A stretch of 64,000 nucleotides of DNA, from positions 43,462,001-43,526,000 of the forward strand of contig NC_043008.1 of the NCBI RefSeq assembly GCF_006345805.1, read 5' to 3'. Numbering within the stretch: position 1 is the first letter of the stretch; each line of letters starts with the position of its first letter. The notes beneath the pieces are model-generated. The model had not been told where the DNA came from and made no database searches. It saw nothing but the letters and a program-made list of their open reading frames with translations. Of the stretch, positions 1-14,082 are shown piece by piece. Made by a program: the position numbers and the translations under genes. The DNA comes from Octopus sinensis (lineage: Eukaryota).

Positions 1-59
1 AACACTTCCGGTGTTTCGTTGTATCTATTTCTAGCCATTGCTCTCAATAAATTCAACAT

Positions 60-179
60 GGTATCCTCTTCAGCTTCTTTTTAGTCTTTTTCCTTTCGCC
101 TCTTCAGTTACTTTTTCTTTTTCTTTCACTTATTTTCCACCTTCTTCATTTTCATCTTACTCTCTCTCTTTCTCTCTCC

Positions 180-210
<31 letters not shown>

Positions 211-517
211 TATCTCACTTCTTCATTTTCCTCTTCTCACCCTTCATTTGCATATTCCACTTGACTTCTTTCCTTTCCTCTTCATCTTCTCTTCTTTTCT
301 TCTTCTTCATCTCCTCTCTTTTCTCCTCTCCGTCTTCATCTGCTTTTCGTCCTCCTTTACTTTTTCCATCCTCATCATCATCAACATCGTCTCTTTCTTC
401 TTTTCTTCCTCCTCCTTCTTCATCTTCTTGTCGCCCTTCTCTTCCTTCACTATCATCATTATCATCACCATCACCACTGCCATCATCATCATCATCATGG
501 TCGTCGTCGGCGTCATC

Positions 518-548
<31 letters not shown>

Positions 549-1105
549 TCAACAACAACATCTCTCCCTCCTTCTCCTCCTCCTCTTCCTCCTTCTCCTT
601 TTATTTCTTCTCCTCTTCTTTCTCCTCTTCCTCTTTCTCCCCTTCCTCCTTATCCTCCTCCTCTTTCTCCTCTTCCTCTTCCTCCTCTTCCTCCTTTTCC
701 TTCTTCTTTTGCCTTAACAACACAGGAAACATGGTCGATTGACAAAGCTTGTTTAGATTATTAACTGGAGGAGATCATGAGTTTGATTTCTGCATCATCG
801 CCGCCATCACCTGCCATCACCATCATTAACCCACTTCTCCAACTCTTTCCACAACTACTAACCTTACTGCTACTACTATTAACATTACTGCTATTGCCAC
901 AAATACTCTACTACTACAACTAATACTACAAATACTACCGCCTCCACCATCGACATTATCACTTCCACTGAGATTATTCTCATCATCGTCGTCGTTACCA
1001 CCCCCACTACCATCATCGTCATCATCATCATCATCATCTTCAACACCACCCGCCACCATCATCATCAATAACAGCAACAACGACGACGTCGACAACAACA
1101 GCAAC
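60..1105. repeat. Low-complexity pyrimidine-rich / (CAT)n,(CTT)n,(CT)n compound microsatellite
   Basis: Direct reading; the overlapping ORFs are poly-S/I/F artefacts. Confidence 0.95.
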
Positions 1106-1533
1106 GATAAAACGAACGACTTTGTTAACCTCTAGTATAACATCCCTATAGTTTTAGATTAAGCAAATCCTCTTAATCGGATAACTCTCGAAAATCAGTC
1201 ACACGAAGAATTGAACAACGCAGAACGAAAATTGTGCTTTTTCCATCTAAAACATAAAGCGTCTCCTTCTTTCTATCAAAGCCCCAAATCCCAACAGGGC
1301 AACCTTAACCTTCAAAAACCTCAGGGTCATACTAAATCCCGAACATACACTTAAAATGCCCAGAGACGGAAAGACTCGGTGCAATTTACCAGCAACTATT
1401 CCTACAAGCACTGCTCTTTTCTAAAATGATGGTGAAACTGGAGGGTAATTTGGCTGTTATTTCTAGCGTGTGGAGCAACAACATAGAAGTTCCTCAACTT
1501 TACATAATAATAAACGATAATAATAAACGATAA

Positions 1534-1765
1534 GGCGGCGAGCTGGCAGAGACGTTAGCACGCCGGGCGAAGTGCTTCGCGGTATTTCGCCCGTCGCTAC
1601 GTCCTGAGTTCAAATTCCGCCGAGGTCGACTTTGCCTTTCATCCTTTCGGGGTCGATAAATTTAATACCAGTTACGCACTGGGGCCGATGTAATCGACTT
1701 AATCCGCTTGTCTGTCCTTGTTTGTCCCCTCTGTGTTTAGCCCCTTGTGGGTAGTAAAGAAACAG
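1534..1765 (+). mobile_element. tRNA-derived SINE family S1 (GGCGGCGAGCTGGCAG... head)
   Basis: A-box-like GAGCTGGCAGA..GTTAG, B-box-like GAGTTCAAATTCC, central GTCGACTTTGCCTTTCATCCTTTCGGGGTCGATAAA; about 9 homologous copies in the window. Confidence 0.9.
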
Positions 1766-1849
1766 ATATCAATGTTGGTTGGTTGGTTGGTTGGTTGGTT
1801 GGTTGGTTAGTTCGTTCGTTCTTTAAATTGTATTGAGATAAATAGATAG

Positions 1850-1988
1850 ATACGACGGGCTTCTTTCAATTTCCGTTCGCCAAGTCCCCTCACAAGGCTT
1901 TGGTTGGCTCAAGGTGCCAAGTGGTGGGACTGAACCTGGAAACATGTGGTTTGGGAAGACGCAAACCACTTACCACACAGCCACGCCT
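1850..1988 (-). mobile_element. SINE family S2, 5' half with internal deletion
   Basis: Reverse complement matches the S2 head GGCGTGGCTGTGTGGTAAG...GGTTCAGTCCCA and GAAAGAAGCCCGTCGTAT. Confidence 0.8.
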
Positions 1989-2239
1989 TAATCACACAAA
2001 TAAGTCGAAAGTTCTGTTTCCAAAAATTGAAACGCCTTCAACCGAAGAATTGAAACCCCGATCCAGATAAACTCACTGAGGCATTATCGCACCCACACAA
2101 CATTCAACATTGTAATTGCTGGTTAAATCAATTTGGTAATAAAATTACAATTCTGCTTTAAAAGTGATGCATCATAAGTTTTCTATCGCGCGTGAAAAAG
2201 AGAGCGTAATTTTCAACATTATACAACATTATTCTCATT

Positions 2240-2690
2240 ATCACTGGCATCACAAGCGCCATCATCATTATCATCATCATCGTCATCGTCATCATCATCA
2301 TCATTATCATCATTATAATCATCATCATCATCATCATCACCCGTCATCATCATCTTCAACATCATCATCATCTTCATCACCATTTTCATTAACACCATCA
2401 TCATATCATCGTCGTCGGCATCATCATCATCATCATTATCTTCAACATCATCTTCATCATCACCAACGTTTTTATTAACATCATCTTCATCGACATCATC
2501 ATCCTCATCATTATCATCGTCAGCATCAACATCGTCGTCATCATGAGCATCACCACTACCACTACCACCACCATCACCACCAGCATCATCACCATCGTCA
2601 TCATCATCATTGTCATCATCATTACCATCATCATGAAGATTATCATCTCCATTGTAGTTCTAATCAGCACCAATCTAAACTTCATGATTC
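2240..2690. repeat. (CAT)n degenerate microsatellite
   Basis: Direct reading. Confidence 0.95.
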
Positions 2691-3699
2691 CATACCGAAG
2701 AGAATTTTAGTTTCAATAAAAGAACGACTCGTCTTAATTACAAATTCCTCCAAATTACTGCGTGAAACTGTACAAAGGTTTCATGGAGATGGTACCGTCC
2801 ACCGTTAATTTCATCTGAGTTGGGTGATTAACATCTATTTGCTCTATAAACCTCCGAAACTAACATATTAGCACAGAAATTCCATACAACACGATGTATG
2901 CATTTGCTACTGCCTTTATCTATTTGATGTTGAGTTCATGATAAAACTGGGACTTTTATCTCTAATAATATTTATAATTTCATAATATGTTGGTAACTAG
3001 CAACGGTTAAAGTAGCGTGTTCTCCTCTCTTTCTTTTATCCATTTTGGCAGGGCAGACGTGTTATTAAATTTACTTCAGGATTTCGATAATTATTCAATA
3101 CGAAATCGATCAGCGACTGTCAAGTACGGCCATTGCTCATAGGGGTCTGAATTATAAAGTTAGATGAACCGAGGTTGAAAATTAAGGACAGCTAATTGTG
3201 TTATACGAGACATTAAACATGGTACAACATTACAATAACTGAACAACATTTTAGTCGATTAAACATGAACTGTTTGCCGTTCTCCAGAAGTGAGATATAT
3301 GGAAGGTTATATGATTATAGCTACAATTCACATAATAACTATTTAATTCCATAAAAGTGTGTCCCAATAGCAAAGTCTGGGATAGTTCTCAGTTACATAT
3401 TATACTGTTCCATAATATGATATAATATAATGCCACAAATAGACATTTCTACAGCACTATTCTAACTCATACAACAGATAAAATTACAGTTATATATATG
3501 TGTGTATATGTACATACATACATACATACATACATACATACATACATACATACATACATACATACATACATACATACATACATACAAATATATATATATA
3601 TGTATATGACAAGGTTCTCGAAAAATATATAAGCACTTTAACGGCTGATAATCCTCTAAAATTTTATCTTGTGATTTAACCCAATAGAAATACTTTCTA

Positions 3700-3904
3700 T
3701 TAAAGGCACAAGGCCTGAGATTTGTGTGGAAGGGAAGAGTCGATTACATCGACCCCAGTGTTTCACTGGTACTTTATTTATCGACACCGAAAGGATGAAA
3801 GGCAAAGTCAACCTCGATGGAATTTGAAGTCAGAACGTAGCGACGGACGAAATAGCGCTAAGTATTTTGTCCGGCATGCTAACGATTCTGCCAGCTCACC
3901 GCCT
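3700..3904 (-). mobile_element. SINE S1
   Basis: Reverse complement of the S1 head and central domain (GAAAGGATGAAAGGCAAAGTCAACCTCG ... CTGCCAGCTCACCGCC). Confidence 0.88.
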
Positions 3905-4169
3905 TAACTCTTCAGAAATACTCTACTGGTTTCTCTGTTTCTCTGAGTTCATCTTGAAAATTTGCATTGAACGTAGCAGAGACATCAAAATCATAACAAC
4001 CACTACAACCAACATCATCATCGTCGTCGTCGTCCTCGTCGTAGTCGTCGTCATCATGGTAGGTGAATAAACAGGACTACTCGATATGGTTCCATCCAGA
4101 ATTGTCTCGTCTATCTACCTGTATCATTTGGCTTATTGCTGATCCTTCAGGAGTCGATTAAATGCAAGC

Positions 4170-4241
4170 GCACGCGTGTGTATGTATGCATGTGTATATA
4201 CTTATGCATGTGTGTGTGCGCCTGTGTGTATATATGTGTAC

Positions 4242-4289
<48 letters not shown>

Positions 4290-4396
4290 ATACATATAAT
4301 CGATATACACACACACACATATATATACGAACATATATATACATATAAATATATACATACATATAGATATATATACACATATATATATACATATTC

Positions 4397-4432
<36 letters not shown>

Positions 4433-4612
4433 GGAGAGAAGAGAGATAGAGAGAGGGAAAGAAGAGAGATAGAGAGAGAGAAACAGAAATTCACATGTAT
4501 ATATATATATACACACACAGTTTATAAATATATATAAATTTTGTTCATTTGTTTGCGTATATACACAATTTATATATATATATATATATGGAAATATATA
4601 TTCATACATATA

Positions 4613-4663
<51 letters not shown>

Positions 4664-4676
4664 GTGTGTGTGTGTG

Positions 4677-4730
<54 letters not shown>

Positions 4731-4750
4731 GTGTGTGAGTGAGTGAGTGT
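4170..4750. repeat. (TA)n/(GA)n/(TG)n compound microsatellite
   Basis: Direct reading. Confidence 0.95.
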
Positions 4751-5509
4751 GTATTATACACACAGAGGTAAGAGACTAAGGCCGTTCCATTTATTAAATT
4801 CGTTTCGTACAAAACCAAAATATGGTGTCGTGTCTATGAATATCAAAATTTAAAAAAAAATCAATACGCCATGTTATTTCTCGCAAAGTGTCTTTATATG
4901 GAATTTGTTTAATATTCCACGTTGTCTCTGTCGATGACTAAACAATCTCCCATCACAATGGAATTAAATTATGAAAAGCAAGATGAAGTAAGTAAACTAT
5001 TTTCAATGGATATGTCACCATTGGATTCATGTTTTTCAAAGCACTAACATAACAAGACTTTTTGTTTCGTTTCATTCTTGCTTTGTTTTCATTTCGTTTC
5101 TTCCGGAATAACTGCGAAAATAAAACAATGAAAATTTAATTAAATGTGCATTACACTTCTCTATTCACAATATCATAGATTATAATAGAGTAAAGTGCAA
5201 AAGTTAGGACCTCTATAGCATTGAGACACCTCACTTCTGGTTTCTTTTTCTCGTAAGTTTTTTCAGCGAAAATTCAATTTAATGGAGTATTGAAGGAAAG
5301 AAAGGGGTTACGAAGTTTATTTTAAAGGCTATTTTTCTTTCGTTCATTCGCTAAAAAGATAGCGTAAAGCGATAAGTATTTAAGTATTTCGAAACAATGT
5401 TATTTAATTAATGCAGTCACTATGAAGTAGCCGCCAGACGCTCCTCGGAATCTCCTTCAGGTCGACCATCCTCAACGACAAATGCAAAATTTACCGCTTA
5501 ATAAAGAAA

Positions 5510-5817
5510 AATATAGAAAGAAAGAAAGGAGGAAAGGAAGAAGAAGAAGAAGAAGAAGAAGAAGAAGAAGAAGAAGAATAAGAAGGAGGAGGAGGAGGAG
5601 GAGAAGAAGAAGGAGAAGAAGAAGAAGAAGAAGAAGAAGAAGAAGAAGAAGAAGAAGGAGAGGAAGAAGAAGAAGAAGAAGAAGAAGAAGAAGAAGAAGA
5701 AGAAGAAGAAGAAGAAGAAGAAGGCACACAGAGCTGCGTTCGGTTGTGCAGTGGAAGCACATGTGGTAAAAATAAAACTACTGGATAATAATAATGATGA
5801 TGATGATGATGATGATG

Positions 5818-5851
<34 letters not shown>

Positions 5852-5871
5852 CAACAATAATAATAATAATA

Positions 5872-5908
<37 letters not shown>

Positions 5909-5957
5909 TATGATAAAGATAATAATAATAATAATAATAATAACAATAATAATAATA

Positions 5958-5992
<35 letters not shown>

Positions 5993-6027
5993 TAATAACA
6001 ATAACAATAACAATAATAATAATAATA

Positions 6028-6062
<35 letters not shown>

Positions 6063-6070
6063 AATAATGG
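5510..6070. repeat. (AAG)n-(GAT)n-(AAT)n compound microsatellite
   Basis: Direct reading. Confidence 0.95.
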
Positions 6071-6279
6071 TAGAAGTACCAAAATAAATTACGGAAGCAG
6101 AAAAAGGGAAATTTATAACAAAACAAGATAATTTAGTGTGAGAATAGAGAAGAAATCCAATTATATTGTAAGGAAAATACGAGTCCTTCGTTTAATTTAA
6201 AAGTTATAGGCTTCCGTTCTGTTGTTTGCTTTTATTATACAAAAAAACCAACAATTTTATTGAACGGTCTACAAGGATA

Positions 6280-6313
6280 CATACATACATGCAAACATAC
6301 ATACATGCATACA

Positions 6314-6347
<34 letters not shown>

Positions 6348-6498
6348 CATACATACATGTATATATATACACACACACATACATATTTGCATATTTACAT
6401 ATTTTTCTAATAGCAGAAAGGTGCAAAATAAACGCAAGGACCGAATGCTTCGAGCAAAGTACTTATTGATTGATATGTATAAATACACTTATAAAGAC

Positions 6499-6582
<84 letters not shown>

Positions 6583-6782
6583 ATATATATGTACGTATGT
6601 ATACGTAACTATATATATGTGTATGTGTGTATATATGTATATGTGTATGTATACATATATATATACATATATATATACATATATACATATATACATATAT
6701 GTATATATATATATATACACGTAACTATATATATGTGTATGTGTGTATATATATATATGTGTGTGTGTTTGTGTATGTGTGT

Positions 6783-6826
<44 letters not shown>

Positions 6827-6830
6827 TGTG

Positions 6831-6875
<45 letters not shown>
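6280..6875. repeat. (TACA)n/(TA)n/(TG)n/(GA)n compound microsatellite
   Basis: Direct reading. Confidence 0.95.
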
Positions 6876-6878
<3 letters not shown>

Positions 6879-6879
6879 T

Positions 6880-6975
6880 AGTTCTGTGGTTCCGGGTTCA
6901 GTCCCACTGCGTGGGAACTTGGCAAGTCTCTTCTACTATAGCTTCAGGCCGACTAAAGCTTTGTGAGGCGGGTTT
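6880..6975 (+). mobile_element. SINE S2 fragment
   Basis: GGTTCCGGGTTCAGTCCCACTGCGTGG...TCTTCTACTATAGC. Confidence 0.8.
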
Positions 6976-7590
6976 GTATGGTTCAGAAAGTACTTAATGC
7001 TTGAATGATTGCGAAAACTGATTCACTCTCCTGTTTATTGGAAAAGTATTTTTGCCATAGTTTGGGTCGACCTGGCCTTGTGAATGAAATTGAAGAGACA
7101 AGCGGGATTGAACCTGTAAACCAAAAATCTAGTCTTGTAGCATTGTGCATCAAGTTAATTCTGTCTGAAAATTAGAGGCAGGATACACCAGTCTGTGGAA
7201 TACTCAGTCACATCGTATTCTAATTTATTTCGAAGGTTGTTCTGTTGATCTATCATATAAGCGATCGTACGTCGAAAGAAACAAGAGGCTAAATATGTTA
7301 TGGGCCTTGTCTGTCTGTCTACACAATAAGCAAGTAATATAACGATAAATTCGATTTTTGCCACGTTTCGGACGCAAGACTAATTGATAGATCGAGTATA
7401 ACGCGCATGAATTATTAAGGATGTGATTTAAACTTGCGACAAACATTTCCTACGTTCATTTAAACAATACATCGTTTAATTTTATAGACAAAGTGTCGGC
7501 TAAAATGAATAGTTTTGAGTAAAACATATTGACTTTAAAAAGTGTTTAAATTTTGATTAAGATCATTTAGATTACGGTGTCACATTTGCT

Positions 7591-8001
7591 TACTCTTTTA
7601 CTCTTTTACTTGTTTCAGTCATTTGAGTGCGGCCATGCTGGAGCACCACTTTTAGTCGAGCAAATCGACCCCGGGACTTATTCTTTATAAGCCCAGTACT
7701 TATTCTATCGGTCTCTTTTGCCGAACCGCTAAGTGACGGGGACGTAAACACACCAGCATCGGTTGTCAAGCAATGCTAGGGGGACAAACACAGACACACA
7801 AACACACATACACATATATATATACACATATATATACATATATACGACTGGCTTCTTTCAGTTTCCGTCTACCAAATCCACTCACAAGGCATTGGTCGGC
7901 CCGAGGCTATAGCAGAAGACACTTGTCCAAGGTGCCACGCAGTGGGACTGAACCCGGAACCATGTGGTTGGTTAGCTAGCTACTTACCACACAGCCACTC
8001 C
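7591..8001 (-). mobile_element. SINE S2, full length (tRNA head, CORE-like centre, internal TA/TG tract, LINE-like 3' tail with (TAAAAGAG)n)
   Basis: Near-identical to 63132-63530 and 43135-43596; B-box GGTTCAGTCCC; GTGGCACCTTGGACAAGTG resembles the CORE domain. Confidence 0.92.
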
Positions 8002-8448
8002 TGTTTGTGTAATATTACTTTTTAATTACTGGTTATGGGTGTGAAATCTTGAAATCTACATGAAGATATGATTGGTTAAAATATTCTCATACACCTGGCG
8101 ATACGAATGTTAAACTTTCTTCTGATAAGTGATGGGATGTGCAGTCAAAGATGTATCTTTGATTAAATTACTGACGCTGAAAATTGATTTGTGACAAAAA
8201 CAACAGATTTCTTGATGTTTAAGTGATAACATATTCTCACCTGTCACTAAAATTGAAGGTTGTTTTAATCGAAGGCTGCTTGCCACAACAACAACCCTGA
8301 ATTGAGGCCGTCTCCATCAATTTACATTTACCGGTGTTGTTTTTGTTTGTTTGTTTTTTTTGCTGATTTGTACGATTCCCATACAGGAATAAATCTATAC
8401 CGCTAAGCAATTCGTTCGACGTGCTAACGATTCTGCCAGCTCACCACT

Positions 8449-8513
<65 letters not shown>

Positions 8514-8518
8514 AAGAA

Positions 8519-8565
<47 letters not shown>

Positions 8566-8869
8566 ATTTATTCTTTTATTAACCACAAGGGGTCACAGAC
8601 AAAACATTAATGGACATACAACGACATAAAAGACAAAAACAGGACGATAGAATGGGTTTTCGTGTGTACACAATGTAATAACAATAAAATTGAAAAATTA
8701 AAGCTCCCTCTTTAAGGTCCACTTTTAAAAACCCACAAAAGCCACAGGTGCCTGAACAACAGGGCAAGTGCCCTTCTCCTTTGATTCCCTTTTTACAGGT
8801 GCACACTCAGAATTGGTCCTTTCTCACTGGCCATTCTTCCAACATTCATCCATCTTTCAACAGACTTGC

Positions 8870-8911
8870 TACAGACAGGCAGGCAAGCAGACAGACAGGC
8901 AGACAGATAGG

Positions 8912-8993
<82 letters not shown>

Positions 8994-9080
8994 AAAAGAC
9001 AGACAGGCAGACAGACAAACGAGCAGAGAGACAGACAGACAGGCAGACAGACAAACGAGCAGAGAGACAGACAGAGAGAC

Positions 9081-9158
<78 letters not shown>
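8870..9158. repeat. (GATA)n/(GACA)n microsatellite
   Basis: Direct reading. Confidence 0.95.
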
Positions 9159-10689
9159 CCATTAATCAAATTATACAGTATTATGGATCCATTACAGCTG
9201 ATTTTATCAATCGGTTTCGCACTGGGTATTAAAACCGAATGTTAGATAACAGCATGGTTGAGTAATGCTAATGAGAAATACCGTGCGTCCTAGTGGTAAA
9301 CTCTGCTGTCGGGATTCGATTTACGCGTGAGTAGAGTCAATGTCCTTGGGGAAGGCAAAACTGCCCGTTATCTTCTTTAATAGCAATGTTAAACGTAGGT
9401 GGCAATAACAACAGCAACAACAACAACAAATATAAGTGCCGCCTACTAAAGTAGCAACATTAAGAGAATAATAAACACGTAAACAACATTACCAAAAAGA
9501 TAAAAATAATGAACCTGTAATGTTTATACGTCAGAGCGATGCATGTAATTAAACTAAGATGATTTCTGGAGAAGAAATGGTAACAAGTTCCTTCTTTTCA
9601 CAGAACAAAAATAAATTAGCAGCAACGACAATAACATTATCAACAACATACTAGAAGCCATTAAGATGCGCTTTGTATCGAAATCAAGAGATAACGGTAA
9701 AGATGCTGACAATATTGGTGATGGCGTGTAGGAATAATTTAATTATCTCAAGTTAATTGAAATTACCAAAGCCACACTTTCTCCCAAGACTCTCAGAAAA
9801 CACTTTTGACTAACGAAGAAAACTTGATTTTTAGCGTTTAAATCTTTCAGAAATTAAATAGAATTCGTTGCTTTCTTTAATGATTTTTATAAATTTGGAT
9901 TAATCAAGTCGACATTATTTTTTTCATTTTTATATTTGAGTCTTTTAAAGGTTGAAATTTGGAAGAAATTTAAAAAACAAAAAGATATTATTTAAAAGAG
10001 GAAAAAATTAATAACGGAAGTGTTTACCTTGGAATATAGGATTATCCTTTTTGGGGGTGGAAATAACTGATCGATCATCCTTTGTTATATTGTTTCCATT
10101 TGACTAATCACAACCACCTTATGTTTTTTTTCTTGTTGTAGCCACTGTGTAGCTATTTAAAGAAGTCGGGCGGCCAAATATAGGCTCCTTGTGAGAACAA
10201 AGGAAATGGGGAATTTGGGAAGTCCATGCCTTTTCTAAATGCATTGCCTGCATGGGGAAAATAAAATGACATAACAGTTCATCAAACGGGTTAAAAAGGA
10301 AATAAGTTTATTTTTATATTTTTAAGGAAACTATAACTCTTATGCTCTTTGGAATTGTATTAGCAGCTGTGCAAAGAAATTAAATGATTCCAAAATGTAC
10401 AAGTTATTTTCCATTTCGAAATATTCTTGAAAAAAAAAGAGTTGAAAATGATATGCGACAAAGAAGATGAAAATGCAGGCTCCTTAGAGATGATGGTCTG
10501 ATGCTGTTTCTAAACCTCTTTTGAAGTGATTTCACTTCAGTTTCACACAGAGCTGACAATAAAAACAGCATGAATGCCTTAAACATTCATTTTTTGCCAC
10601 CTCCAAAGAAATTTGAAATTTTAGAACTTACTCAAGAGAAACCAATATCACATATAGTCAACACTGTCAACTAAATTCCCAGATTGATT

Positions 10690-11100
10690 TCCCAGTACGT
10701 TATTTACGATTTTGTCTTAAACAAGACTTGAGGCCACTGTGGCGCACAGGACTACAAAAAAGGAAAAGGAGAGAGAGCTGCACATTCAAAAGCTGTAGAT
10801 TGCCTGAAAGCTTAAAAGTCTGAATGTCATAAATAGGATGGAAAACAAGACGACGGTAAGGAGTTCCAGAGAGCAGCTGTTTGAAGAGAGAAGCTAATGA
10901 AATAAATGGTCTTATGACTAACAGGAAGCTCAACAGGAAACGATGTCCCTGGGAAGGGAAGTGGGTGACACGTTTGAAGGTCCTGACGGAGAATACAAAA
11001 CCCCCAAAAAATTCTTTTTATTCTCTTCAGAGAGGCAGGAACATCACAGATTCCCATTTTATGTAGGTAATCAATCTCTGATTTCAAAGAAGATATTCAG
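10690..11100 (-). mobile_element. Decayed 3' end of an L2/CR1-group LINE
   Basis: Minus-strand translation ...CDVPASLK...SFSLQTAALWNSLPSSCFPS resembles the C-terminal 'SFF.RT..LWNSLP' motif of L2/CR1-group ORF2. Confidence 0.7.
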
Positions 11101-11184
11101 AGGGGAATATTGCAGATGGCTTTGAATTTTTTCAGAAACAGGCATCATAAAATGGAAATGATTAAATATTCTTGAAAGTAATGC

Positions 11185-11255
<71 letters not shown>

Positions 11256-11670
11256 CGTGCGTGTGTGTGTTTATGTGTGTATAGCGAGAACGGTGGAGAC
11301 GGAGTCCAAACGTCGAAGGTAGTTTATTAAAGTTTGTAAAAATCGGAGACATACAAACAGACTTCTTTTTTATATACAAGAAGGGGGAAAGGAAGAGAAA
11401 GAAACAGACTGAATGAAAAAGGGAAAAAGAAACAAACAAACAAACAAAGCGATAAATGTGGAAATATACAAGAACAGACAGACAGGTACGTTGGAAGGTA
11501 GGTAGGTAAGTGGGTAGGTAGGTAGGTAGGTAGGTAGGTAGGTAGGTAGGTAGGTAGGTAGGTAGGTGGGTAGGTAGGTAGGTAGGTAAACAGGAAGGTA
11601 GGTAGGTAGACAAACAGATTGAGAGGATGACAGGCAAAGAAGCAGAGTTGAGTGAGATGAAACAGCGATG

Positions 11671-11728
<58 letters not shown>

Positions 11729-12017
11729 GAAGAAGGAAAGAAAGAAAGAAGGAAGGAAGGAAGAAAGAAAGAAAGAAGTGTGACATGAAATAGATTAGAT
11801 TATAGTTAATAAAAGCTGAAGAAGTTTGGTAATGGTTAAGGTTAGCGAAATATTGAAGTGACACTAATGAACTATGTTCGGATCTGGTGATCGGCTCAAA
11901 ACTTCGTCAATGGAGATTCTAATGAGATTCCTTGACGGACAGCACTTGCATGGAAAGGAGGAGAAGTTCGTAGTGGTTAGTGTTGGAAACGAATTCTTGA
12001 GTTTCTTAATTGGCTCC

Positions 12018-12058
12018 TGACAGACGTTTCGGTGTTCGGGTCTCACCTTATCAGTTAC
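12018..12058 (-). ncRNA. Decayed hammerhead-like motif (G8A)
   Basis: CUGAUAA-GGUG/CACC-GAAAC-GUC; stem I poor. Confidence 0.4.
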
Positions 12059-12150
12059 TGAGTCGAATGACGACAGCGGCTTTGATTGCTAATTAATTAC
12101 GTGAGGTGGGTGTTAAGTATGTACGAATGCAAGTATATATATTATATATA

Positions 12151-12374
12151 CAGGGTTGGCCAAAAGTCACCTGACAGTAAATCAAAACCATTTAACGCCA
12201 AGATTTATCAATGTTTAACAACTGAATGAATTTGATAAAAGCATCTCAATATGAAACATCATAAAAATTCTTCAAACTGAAGTCCTTGAGCGGCTCATTT
12301 TTCCATTCGAGTCAATTCAGAATTACAGATATGGAATTTTTATTTACTGTCGGGTGATTTCTGGCCAAGCCGTG
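12151..12374. mobile_element. Tc1/mariner-type MITE (224 bp)
   Basis: About 32 bp TIRs CAGGGTTGGCCAAAAGTCACCTGACAGTAAAT / rc CACGGCTTGGCCAGAAATCACCCGACAGTAAAT, flanked by TA on both sides. Confidence 0.88.
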
Positions 12375-12519
12375 TATATATATAAGGTTGCAATGAACAC
12401 AGATTTGTGCGTCACACAGCTAGCTAGAGGCGGTTGCCTCTCGGAGCTAATCAACGGCAGCATTCGTCCTATTTCTCTGGACTGCCATGTTAGCTTGGCA
12501 ATAAATATTTTATACTCTA

Positions 12520-12628
12520 GGCACAAGACCCGAAATTTTGGGGGAGGGGGCAGTCGATTAGATCGACCCCAGTACGCAACTGTTACTTAATTTATCGACC
12601 TCGAAAGGATGAAAGGCAAAGTCAACTT
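12520..12628 (-). mobile_element. SINE S1 fragment
   Basis: TCGACCCCAGTACGCAACTG...GAAAGGATGAAAGGCAAAGTCAAC. Confidence 0.8.
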
Positions 12629-13139
12629 ATTGTGCATTACTCTGGGGACATCAAGACTATGTATCTACATATATATATACACTTGTTCCGTTTTTTAGAC
12701 AATAAGTACACTGTCGATTCGCTTTTAATTAATTTTTAATTAATTCTCACCTGGTGTAACAAATCCTTGCCTTATTTGAGATGTTGCGATGTGATTTAAG
12801 AGAGGTTTGGCTTTCAGTTTTGGTTTCAATTTTCAGCCAGCCCTGAGAGCGTGTAGAGGCATGCTTGCAGTTTGGTAATAAAGTTCACTGAGTCTGATGA
12901 CTGATGATTAATGATTAATGATTACTGTAGTCCTGCTCTGTGAAACAGAGGTCAGAATATCTTGACTTTTTTCGAAAGGACATTTACTGCTGTACGCCAC
13001 GTGATATCAGGAATTTCTGAATGTTCATTATCTGGTATTATCATAAACAAGCACCGGAGCCGCAGAAAGCCTTTAAATACGGATTTTCAATTCTATTTAA
13101 TACACAAGAATACATCTATATACACCTGAACTCATCTAG

Positions 13140-13338
13140 TTGCACACTAATATACACAAATAAATGCATAATATACGCATATATATACGCAGGTATACAT
13201 ATATACATACATACACAGATGCATACGTGCGTACATGCAGGCGTACATATATACCTTCATACATACGGGCATACATATACATACATACATACATATATAC
13301 ATGCACACATATATACCTTCATACATACGGGCATACAT

Positions 13339-13369
<31 letters not shown>

Positions 13370-13935
13370 CATGCACACATATATACAGGCATACATATAT
13401 ATACACGTTCCTACATAGATACATATATACATACATATGTGCAGGCATACATACATATACACATTCATACATACATACATGCACACGACCACACATCCAT
13501 TGTATTACTCAGTGGGTACAGCTGTATTTGAAATGTTCTCGTTTATCTACATACGATGTTATAGAAATATATTTATTTTGATATATATTCTTGGATTATA
13601 TTCAATGTCCCTTCATTTATATTATTTATAGATCTAGGATCCTCATTATGCGATGCAATATATACGAATCCATTCAACAGTTTAGAAAAAATTTTCCTAC
13701 GAAATACATTTTTCTGAAAAATATTTAAAATGTGCTCTTTTGTATGTATGTATGTATGTATGTATGTATGTATGTATGTATGTATGTATGTATGTATGTA
13801 TGTATGTATACTTGCATGTATGTATGTATGTATGTATGCATGCATGCATGCATGTATGTATGTATGTATGTATGCATGCATGCATGTATGTATGTATGTA
13901 TGTATGTATGTATGTATGTATGTATGTATGTATAG
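13140..13935. repeat. (TACA)n / (TATG)n microsatellites
   Basis: Direct reading. Confidence 0.9.
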
Positions 13936-13941
13936 ATCCAA

Positions 13942-14082
13942 TATGGCCGAATGGTTAAGAAGTTCGCTTCACATCCACGAGGTACCGGTTTCGATTCAAC
14001 CACCTGATATCCTAGACAGATGTCATTTTCTATAGCCTTGGAATGAAGTTAGGTAGCTGGAAACTGTACAGAAGCCCGTCGG
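13942..14082 (+). mobile_element. Diverged S2-like SINE 5' half
   Basis: TGGCCGAATGGTTAAG (A-box), GGTTTCGATTC (B-box), ends GGAAACTGTACAGAAGCCCGTC. Confidence 0.65.

Noticed and set aside
13942-14010. tRNA gene
   Set aside because: A- and B-box-like motifs but no cloverleaf acceptor stem; continues into SINE body
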